From assembly GCF_026210795.1 (NCBI RefSeq), contig NC_089432.1, positions 3,410,001 to 3,474,000 of the forward strand: 64,000 bases of DNA. Reading direction: 5' to 3'. Of the stretch, positions 1 to 10,107 are shown piece after piece (the first letter of the stretch is position 1; every line of letters starts with the position of its first letter). The notes beneath the pieces were generated by a model. That model was not told the DNA's origin and made no database searches. It saw nothing but the letters and a program-made list of their open reading frames with translations. Source of the stretch: Rhizophagus irregularis (taxonomy: Eukaryota). The position numbers and the translations under genes are program-made.

Positions 1-68
1 TTAATTCTATTATTACTTTAACATATAATTTAAACTAACTAAATTCTTTATTTAAAAATTATTTATAG

Positions 69-1612
69 AGTGTAAGTTATTTATTTTTTATTACATACAA
101 TTTATATAATTTAAGCTAACTAAATTCTTTATTTAAAAAATTATTTTGTAATTTTTTTAGTTAGAAGTAGCATCGAAGAATTTGAGGAAAATGACTCTGA
201 AGAATTCAAAGGAAATGACTCTGAAGAATTTGAAGAAAGTAGTACTAATGAATCTAAAGGTATATTAAACAAACTGAAATATTAAATTTTTGTTTGTAAA
301 TAATTTGAATACTATACCTTATATGATGCACAAATATAATTTAAACTATCTTATATTATACAAAAATTATTTTAAATAATTTAGCTCGTAAGTTGATAAG
401 ATAACTTATAATTGAACAATAATGGGATTACTTACTATTTAATTATATTTCATGTAACTAAATAATTTATTTAATGCATAATAATACTATAGTCAGTAAG
501 TTATCAGTTATTGTTCTTTACTTTACTTATTTTATAAAATATTCAAATAACTAAATTTTTTGTTTTAATAATTAATTATATTACAGATGGTAAGTTACAA
601 CATTATATTTATTTGACAAATATTTTATATATTTTAACTAATTATATTCTTAATTTAAATAATTAGATTGTTAGTAATATATTTAATTTACAGTAAATAT
701 TTTGTACTATGTTTACATCCAATTAATTAATAATTAATAATACTACATAAAGGGTGTAAGTTATATTTATATTTCTATTATTAATATAATTTAAACTAAC
801 TAAATAATTTTATTTAAAAATTATTTTGTAATTTTTATTTAGTTGGTAAGTTATAAATTATTTATTTAATTCTATTATATTACTCATTATATAATATTTA
901 CATATAATTTAAACTAACTAAATTCTTTATTTAAAAATTATTTAATAATATAGGGAGTAAGTTATTTATTTAATTCTATTATAACTTATTTATATAATAT
1001 TTATATATAATTTAAACTAACTAAATTTTTTATTTAAATAGATTGTAAGTTATAAGTTATTTAGTTCTATTATTACCTATTTATATAATATTTACATATA
1101 ATTTAAACTAACTAAATTCCTTATTTAAAAATTATTTTGTAATTTTATTTAGTTGGTAAGTTTAAGTTATTTATTTATTTATTTCTATTATTACTTATTT
1201 ACATAACATTTATAATAATTTAAACTACTTAATTCTTCATTCAATAATTTTATTTAGTTGGTAAGTTATAAGTTATCTATTTAATTTTATTATTACTTAT
1301 TTATGTAATATTTTACATATACTGTAATTTAAATTAACTAAATTTTCTATTTAATAGATTGTAAGTTACAAGTTATTTAATTCTATTATTACTTATTTAT
1401 ATAACTAAATTCTTTATTTAAATAGATTGTAAGTTATAGGTTATATTTATTTTACTTATTTATATAATATTTACATATAATTTAAACTAACTAAATTCTT
1501 TTTTAAAAAAAATTATTTAATAAATATAGGGAGTAAGTTATTAATTAATTCTATTATTACTTATTTATACTAACTAAATTCTTTATTGGAAAATTATTTA
1601 ATAATATAGGGG
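69..1612 (+). CDS. Candidate micro-exon gene (partial; 5' end outside window, 3' end unresolved): fifteen 3-nt exons plus one 99-nt exon
   Basis: AG|NNN|GT(A/T)AGT units at 69-71 AGT, 385-387 CTC, 493-495 TCA, 587-589 ATG, 667-669 ATT, 753-755 GGT, 843-845 TTG, 954-956 GGA, 1042-1044 ATT, 1153-1155 TTG, 1258-1260 TTG, 1358-1360 ATT, 1426-1428 ATT, 1530-1532 GGA, 1610-1612 GGG. Larger exon at 161-259 (acidic NDSEEF repeats). Intervening segments are 65-125 nt with CTAAC/CTAAT-type branch motifs. The spliced product is open in two phases. Confidence 0.7.
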
Positions 1613-1685
1613 GTAAGTTGTTTATTTAATTCTATTATTACTTATTTATATAATATTTACATATAATTTAAACTAATTAATGCTT
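756..1685 (+). repeat. Degenerate tandem repeat of intron-like units (about 65-110 bp)
   Basis: Recurring GTAAGTTAT...TTAATTCTATTATTACTTATTTATATAATATTTACATATAATTTAAACTAACTAAATTCTTTATTT...AG; related copies also at 1-160. Confidence 0.9.
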
Positions 1686-2038
1686 TATGATATCTAAAAA
1701 ATTATTGTATAATTTATGAATTTTTGTATGAAGGCTTGGCGTGGCCTTTCAAAGAAATGGTCATTCCACAAATTTATACAGTGCTGAAATTTCTGTCATG
1801 TGACTTTATCATTTCTCTATTTCAGTTCTGCGCCCTTTTAAGTAATTATGACATGAAAACTCTTTCCCTTTTTTATGTTTTGTTAGTTTTCTGCTAATTT
1901 AGCGCAAGTTTTTTTTTTTTAGTTTCTATTAGAAACACCAAAGGGGAGAGGCCCAACTGGGTTTTTTGTTCTATACATACCCACATAATAAGGGATTATG
2001 ACTTCAAATAATTTTGTTGAAATAGACTGGTCTTGCAC

Positions 2039-2762
2039 TAGAGCTCCGAACAGGTCAGCCAAATTCAGGTAACCTGACCTGACCTGACCTGAAATTCAGG
2101 TCAGGTATGAGATTTTTAAAAAAAATTCAGGTCAGGTATGAAGATTGACCTGACCTGATTGACCTGTTGACCAGAAACTATTGATTCTACTATATAATAA
2201 AAGTGAGTTGCAGTATTGCGATTCACTTTTTATATAGATTCTATATAAAAAGTGAATCGCAATACCGCAACTCACTTTTTTTATACAAAATCAATATAAA
2301 AAAGTGAATTGCAGTATTGGGATTCACTTTTTTATATGATTTTAATATAAAAATGTTGAATCGCAATATTTCAAGAAAAAACGTTGCGAAAACGTTTTTT
2401 CATAATATTATATTAAAAAAATGTTTCGTAACATTTTTTTTTTTGATATTTCAATAATAACATTGCGAAAACATTTTTTTCATAATGTTATATTAAAAAA
2501 AACGTTTTGCAATATTTTTTTTCAATATTTTAATAAAAAACGTTGCAAAAACGTTTTTTTTCATAATATTATATTAAAAAAAAAAAGTTTTGTACCATTT
2601 TTTTCAATACTTTAATAAAAATAGTCCTGAAATTTTTCAGGTTTCAGGTCAGGTCAGGTCAAACAGACAACCTGATATAACCTGACCTGACCTGACCTGA
2701 AAAAAAATTTCAGGTCAGGTTTATCAATTAACCTGACCTGACCTGACCCATTCAGAGCTCTA
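2039..2762. mobile_element. hAT-type MITE
   Basis: TIR TAGAGCTCYGAA..GGTCAG at both ends; 8-bp TSD TCTTGCAC (2031-2038, 2763-2770); subterminal ACCTG pentamer arrays. Confidence 0.9.
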
Positions 2763-3548
2763 TCTTGCACTGTAAATTTCTTCCGGTATAAGCTCTTCTT
2801 CATGGAGAGTAGAGTATGTGTAAGGGTAAATATTATCAATATCAAAGAAAAAATATCCTCAGTAGTAAGAATTATTTGCGGCTCAGTGTTTTGTATAGAG
2901 TTTTCTAAGTCATCTCTTGCTGGTGTTGGGTTACCAAGTTGTATAAAGGAGTGTTGCGAAGTGGAAGATTATTTTGATACTCAACGTAATGCTCCTGTCA
3001 AAGAAATCAGTTATGGAGGGGGCACTTACCTTCACCACCTCCTCATACTCCTTCAACGCCTAATCATAGTGATGTTACTCCTATACCTTTAGATAATATC
3101 ATATCTTCACCTTCGAAAGGCTTTCCTTTCAAAATTTCATTCAAAAAATTTCACGTGACCAATATCAAAAAATCTGGATTTACGTTCAAGAAGTTTCTTT
3201 TTGAGATTGTTGATCAACATTTAAACACCAATCAAATTCATTTGAAGATACACACAAATGATTAGTTATAAATCCACAAGCAAAATTCTGAACGCCAAAT
3301 ATCAAATTAGCAAAAGCCTCCAGCATTTTTTTTCTGCACAAAGAGTTATTCCACGTAGAATTCAAAAAAATATTTCAATTTAATTAGAAATAAACTATTG
3401 GACCGTATCAAGATCATCAAATCACGTGAACAAAAAATTAATGATCATAATTATATGACACGCACTTTTTTTAATTTGATAACATTTTTATTTTGGAATA
3501 TATGTCCCGTGTAATGGTCAAATTACACATGAATTCAACAAGAATAAT

Positions 3549-3741
3549 AGGACCCCGAGCAATATATAAATAGGTAACAAGAGATCAGCACAAATTTACT
3601 AATAGCTCTACGCATCTCTTCAGGGCCGGCACTATGTAATGCTGGTAAGAATTATCCAAAAAGGAAATGATCTACATACTTTTTGGGCTCATTCTACGCA
3701 AACTCTCTATTGTTACCTTTTCATGTATTGTTCGGGGTCCT
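3549..3741. mobile_element. MITE with AGGACCC termini
   Basis: TIR AGGACCCCGAGCAATA / TATTGTTCGGGGTCCT; 8-bp TSD AGAATAAT (3541-3548, 3742-3749). Confidence 0.85.
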
Positions 3742-3787
3742 AGAATAATCCTCAAATATGTTCAGCGCCTAGTCCCATAATTATGTC

Positions 3788-4023
3788 AGGACCCAGAAAT
3801 ATATATAAAAGGGTCAGGTTTGAGTTTATGTATTTTGAACTAAAAAAATCATGAAAATCTTTCCTTTTTTAGATAATTTCTGATAATGCCGGTCAGAATT
3901 TTTTATTTCCTATTATAGTATCTGACTGACATTATCATAATTCCGGCCCTGAAAAAATGCGTACAGCTTATAGTAAAAAATTTTTTTCATCACCTGACCC
4001 CTATATATATATTTCTGGGTCCT
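3788..4023. mobile_element. MITE with AGGACCC termini
   Basis: TIR AGGACCCAGAAATATATATA..GGGTCAGGT and its inverse; flanks ATTATGTC / ATTATGTG (8-bp TSD, 1 mismatch). Confidence 0.8.
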
Positions 4024-6010
4024 ATTATGTGATACAATTGTGGTATCCATTTTCAAAAACATAACCAGATTTTGGTTATTCGACGAAAAGACAATATATT
4101 TGATAACAACAAAGCAGAGCATGCTAATTTACTTCACGACCGATGGAATAGTAGGGAAAAAAAATTATTGTTTTAAGAAAAACTGGTTGTTCTTATACTA
4201 ACGGTATATAGCCCATTTTATGGAAAATATTCGAGATATTGGACACAAATATATGTATTCCTGTGGACCACAAGACTTACATTTCACACCAAACCACAAC
4301 GATAAAGTAGCTAAACGACAAAGGTCACGATTTGAACATGCTTGCAGACATCTTTTCAATAAGGTCAAACTTCGACCGGGTACTACTTTAAATCATGCAC
4401 AATGTTTATCCATTGTAAAGAAACATAAATTTCTCTTCTTTCCATCTCAGAAGTTCAAATACAGAATTTCTCATCTTACTTACAAGAAAGCTAGGATCAC
4501 TCCTAGCGCTGATGACTATAAGTTTAAAATTTCTTTTAGGCTTCCAATGCCATTTGTTCCTACATCCACACCTTTACCCATTGAAGAAGACGTAATAGAA
4601 GGGACAGTTTTCGCAGTATTACTATACAACCCTACATCTAATATGTTTATCCCTCTCAAATATAGGAATATTATTCCCTCTGATCCTTTATATGATCAGA
4701 ATGGTTGTTATATTATACCTGGGTCACGAGAATGGTTCACATATATGTATAATCTCAAGAAACAATTGGCAATACAAACTGAAGAATGACGTCATCAAGA
4801 ATTTCTTAATAGGGAACATGAAGCTATTGAACAACAACGACTGAGATCTCTTCAACAGTCATTAGCTCAAGCCACATATCACGGCACAAGTCCGAAATAT
4901 CTCAAAAAATGTTGGACACAAACAGCTGATTTGTTGAGTTTTAGTGATACTTATCATAGACGCATGTCGTATTATAATCAGGATCTCATGAACCCTCATT
5001 ATAGTTCAAAACAGGATCAAGCTAAAATTAGACAAGATATACAGGAATTTATCATGGTTTCCCGCAAGTTGTAAGGATCCCTTTATCACGCCGCTATAAG
5101 CAAAAAGATTACACTCAAGGCTATTATACCCATCCTTACGATGCTTACCTCAGTTATGATTCTGCTTTTACTTCTGAAGGCACTAAAGCCCTGGAATCTC
5201 GTCCACTAAAACGTGATGCTTATACGTCACGAAATTTATCATTTTCTGATAATATTACAGTACCTAAATGACTCTGTCAAGATCATCCTTCTGAAATTGA
5301 CTCCACGGTGGCGAAATCGTCAAAGAGTACTAATTTAGCTTGAATTTTATAATATTTTATTTGATTTTTTAGTGTGATTTCATTCATTTTACTTTTTTGT
5401 TTTATTTTCCTTTATAGGAGTTATTTTATATATAGATATTTATCTATTTCTAGTTTCTCAAATTTTCTTTTTTTGTGTTCGTCTATTTTTTTTAGTTCGT
5501 TTCTTTAACAATTAGAATAGTGTGAATCATTCCACCTCTGACAGTATTTACAGGTGGCAGCTATTTGCTGAAAGAACAATACGGGTTTGAATTTTTTTTA
5601 GATTGCCATTTGATTAATTAGCGTAGTCCTACTTTATCAAATAGTACAGATCGAAGAGTGAAGTCCCGTAGGGGATGAAGAATAAAGTTCTATGCACACA
5701 TATTAGATTTAAGTTTTTTTCAAATCCTTTCTTCTCTTATTTGTAATAGTCTGGGTTCTACTACTCTTTTAGATAAAATAAACAGTAATTATGACATCAT
5801 ACAAATCTCATTACTGTTATTAATAAAATTCTAAGCCTCACTATTCCCAAAACAGCTAGTGGCTGAGCTGTGATTAATTAGTAAGTTCGTATTACCTAAT
5901 CTAATAATGACTCATAATAAAACGCGTACTCCTAGACTTCTTAGTCATTTAAAATTTTCTGTTTTTTCACAATTAACACATAAAGAAAATCATCAAAAAC
6001 TTGTACGAAT

Positions 6011-6580
6011 ATGGTTAACGAATGATTGAAAGAATTTTTAAAAGACTTAAAAGAGAATTTTTTGGCACCTATCATAAAAACTGAGGAAATTGTGGTAAAT
6101 AAGACTCAGAAGGATATTGAAGTCGTAAAAGACTTTTTTTCGGAACTAAAAACAAAAACTGAGGAAGTTTTGGAGGAGAACAAGTCCCTTAAGCGTATGT
6201 GCTCTTTTCTCGAAGAAGAAAATAAAGGTTTGCAAGAAAAAAATTTATCCCTAGAAGCAACTTTGGACAAGAAGGAACAGGGATTTAAGAAGCAAAAAAT
6301 GCTTCTACACGAAGAACAACAACTTGCGTCTCAAGAGTTAAAATCACTTAGCAGAGTGATGGAGGAGACTTTAAAGGCTTTTAGATCAAATGAAAAAGAA
6401 AGTCCCGAATCAAAAATTTTTTACTCTCAAAAGGATCCCGTCTGGTCTGAAGCTCAAGACTTAGAATGTGAATCAGATGATCTTGTTTATTGCAATCATT
6501 ACAATATGAGTTTGAAATCAAAATCATTGACATGTACAAAATGCCACCAAAGCATAGCTATACACGTAGTTGTTTCTTAA
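6011..6580 (+). pseudogene. Coiled-coil protein of unknown function with C-terminal CxxH..CxxC; early in-frame stop
   Basis: ATG at 6011 reads MVNE*LKEFLK... (TGA 6023-6025) in frame with ORF 6026-6580; E/K/L-rich heptad-like sequence. Confidence 0.45.
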
Positions 6581-9500
6581 TTCTTTTTAAATCAACATAA
6601 TAATTTCCTTGATAGCTATTGGCGCAATATTATATAAATAAATAGTTTAGAACCTAGCTTTTGTAAGTGAATTTAATAAAGCTTTTATTTGCCATGCTTT
6701 GAAAAATATCATCGACAAATGTGTTATCCATATAGATTGCTTAAGAGCACGTGGGCAACACCCTCGGGTATCGATGTCACATGTCATGCTTGTTGTCCAC
6801 TAATAATCTGTCCCGTAGTCAATATCCGTGCATTTGTTACGTAATTTTGGTAAAGGTATAGGATTTGGCCAAGAAATTTGTACTCCAGTGAATACAATAA
6901 TCTTATTGGCTTGCTGCTCAACTACGCTTCTTATTCACAACATATGTCATCAAAAGGAGTATAGTTATCCCGATTTTCCCGTATATTAAAAACTTGGCAG
7001 ATTTTGATTGACTAAGTTTGAGAGATCCTCATGTCATAAAAAAGGACTGATGATCATTTCACTATTCGAATACTAATCAACCCTTTATTCTGTCTAATGC
7101 CAATGGAGTAATAATTAATCTAGACTCTGAAAAGAAATGATGTACGTTATTAATAATCCGCTTCTGACTAACTATATGATAATATGTCTTTGAAACACTA
7201 TCAACACAAAAGGTTAATCATCTTCTGATCATATTTTTTGTTACGCATAATTCGTATTTTTTAGTTATGATATTTGTCTAAAGATAGGATTATGCCCATG
7301 TTCTTTTCTCATATGACACCGTTGATAAAATTCTGTGAATAAAATTAGGAACACATTGCGAAGCAATGCCATGAGCGTCTTGCCGCTCAACCACGCTCTG
7401 TATACATTATCAATTACGTAGATGAATAATAGACAGATGTCTACAAAAAAAATTCTCCATGATTTTTCGAGGAACGAGGAAAATTATGGAGGGGTATTTC
7501 CTAAGACCTTTGCAGAGGAACTTCTACCCAGAGGGTAGGGAGACTGCTCGAAGAGCACAATTTTGACGATCCATGATTACGTTATCCGTTGATGGAATCT
7601 TTTCTCCATTTGACTGGGGAAGCTCATTAGTCCATTGAATATTAAAATTGGACATGCATTGTATATTATGAAATTGGTAGAACAACTCAAGAAAAGGTGA
7701 TTTGTTGAAATAATATAGACGGGATTTTCATTCTTACTAGTGTAGGCGTAAAAAAAGGTGAAGACCGACATTAGTTTATGAAGCATAAGATCATTTCACG
7801 TAAATGTATTTTTTCTAATTATTTGTGAATATCACTTCCGTATTCGACCATAAAGTTATGATTACAAATCGACCGCTCTTTATTTTAATCTAATGCTAAC
7901 ACTAATTGGGTAATATTTACTAGTCTTTAAACAAGCGATGAGCAATAATATTAATCTATTTCTAATAATATATGAATCGAATACCTGTTTATCAACACAC
8001 GATCAACAAAAGGTCATGTATTTTGGTGGCGCAAAATCCTTATTTAATTTTGGAGTATATAAAAAATAAGTATTGTATGGAACGATATGTACGTATGTAT
8101 GGTAATAAATGTATGCTTACGTATGCTTAAGTATTGTAATTGTATCCATACATATATAATATAGCAGATCGATATCCTGTATGGATCAATTAGACAAACT
8201 AATGACAGTTGATTTGTACCACCGTAATAACAGATTAGATCATCTGATTTTTGTATTTTCCCGAACTCTCATTTTTACTAAATTATTTGAATTGGAAAAA
8301 ATTATTCATATTAAAAATATATTAATTTAATCCACTTGGAGCCTTTTTAAGTGACATTAAGCTCTCTAGATTTTGGAGTTTTATTTAGTAAATTGTTTAT
8401 AAATGTATAATATTATTATTACACGTAATGTAATATTATAGTATATATATACGGGAGATTTGGTCCTGTACTGTTAATCATATTATAGATAAGATCCGAT
8501 TTTATTGTACAACGTCAATTTATATAAATAATAAAAGTTCAGCCACTTTTAGTCAGAGAATCCGGGAAAAAGGTATTTTACATCTGTTCCTTTATTCCTA
8601 GTATGATAAAATATTAATTATATAATCAATAATTTTTAATTAAGAACAATAGATTCGGATGGGTAGATTTTTAATAATAGTTAAAATAGCTAAGATCAAT
8701 ATAAATGGTTTTAGAACAATATGTTAATCAATAGGATTTTTTTATTTAACCATAATCAGCTTTTTTCTCGCAATATATTTCTGAAAAATTATCAACCCTG
8801 AATTATTTGATTCCTTTTTTATCTATCGTTAATATAATATTCAAACGCCCATTTAAAATTTTAAGGTGAAATTTTTCTATTATTATATTTAACAATATTT
8901 ATTTAATTAATTAAAAAAAAAATTTTTTTTTTTCTTACTTTTATATTCGTTTTTAACACTTTGAAATGGAAAATTTTGAAATATCGGCGTGTAGTTCGAA
9001 TCGGTACTTTTTTTTTCGAATTACTAATTTTATTTTAATAAAATCAGTATTTAGTCTTATTGATGCCGGTAATTTAAAATAATTGAACACTAACGGTGTT
9101 TCTCTTCTTTTTTAAGGTTAAATTCAGTATTAGGATGATCATACTGCAGTCACGCTGATCTTTTTTATCAGATTGTTCTTAATCATTGTGTTGATATTAA
9201 TAGTTAATTCTAACGGTATTTCTCTATTTAGGATCGGATGTCCAATTCGGGTTGGTACATTAATTGATTTATAGAACTTAAATAATTGGGGATGCTTTTT
9301 TACTGTGACTCATTATTTTCAAAATAATAAAATGCGACAAATTTAAAACAAACTGGTGTAGTTTAATAAAATTATAAATACATATTAAAAAAAAAATTTA
9401 TTTTATTAAAACTTTTACAAATATCTCACGTAAATAAAATAAATAAAGCATAAAGAATTTTTTAATACAAACTACATGAATTAAACATATTAAAATTTAA

Positions 9501-10107
9501 TATTTTTTAGGTCGGATTGACAAACAAAAATAATACCTGGTAAACAGTTTATCCCTATCCGCCCAATATACAAATATTGGCGATCGACCAGGCTAGTGTA
9601 ACGTATTTTATCCAAGGGGTTTGGATTTTACGTAATGTGTCACTAGTTCCTGTAATCTGATTTATATTTAAAGTTTGAACTATAAATCTATAACATATAA
9701 GGCTAATAGCTAATTTATGTTATGACTTCGAAATGGTAAAGATGTCATGATTCACATATGACTTTATAAGATCATCTAATCTGATAAAATTTTAATTCTC
9801 CAAAATTATCATTGGTTAAGAATCTCTATTCTAAAAAAAAAAATTGGCATAAGACTTTAGTAAACATAATCGAACATAATAATAGACGTTACTAGGCATG
9901 ATTGTGATATAAAAGATTTATAGACATATGACCTCAGATCGACACGCGATTCCCCAAACGATCCTATTAATAAGTGAAGATCATTACACGTATACAGTAT
10001 ACAGTATATCAATCCCCCTTTTTTTAAAAAAAAAATACATAAATACATAAATATAGCCAAAATGATTTCATTGAACCACTAGTTTCTATAATTCCACATA
10101 CGAAGCT

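Larger units (their letters stand above)
3090..5340 (+). pseudogene. Decayed ORF of an uncharacterised fungal repeat-borne family (includes ORF 4220-4789 with YIIPGSREWF motif)
   Basis: Coding-like fragments (IPRRIQKKYFNLIRNKLL, CSAPSPIIMS, ORF 4220-4789, continuation past TGA 4789) broken by stops, frameshifts and two MITEs. Removing MITE 3549-3741 plus one TSD restores the frame EFNKNNPQICSAPSPIIMS. Confidence 0.6.
1855..5783 (+). mobile_element. Non-autonomous non-LTR-type (retroposed) element with degenerate non-RT ORF
   Basis: 14-bp direct repeat AGTAATTATGACAT at 1841-1854 and 5784-5797; A-rich 3' end (GATAAAATAAAC); internal decayed ORF; no TIRs or LTRs seen. Confidence 0.7.

Noticed and set aside
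1734..1854. Possible terminal exon of the micro-exon gene after AAG at 1731-1733
   Set aside because: Weak acceptor far from the branch-like motif, and the frame runs into the retroposed element; cannot be supported without cDNA.
2421..3092. Short ORFs 2421-2615, 2654-2845, 2802-3092
   Set aside because: They lie in MITE repeats or the element leader; no protein-like features.
6700..8050. Coding-like decayed sequence with a diverged internal duplication (about 7060-7230 vs 7840-8020)
   Set aside because: Too eroded to assign a frame or family.
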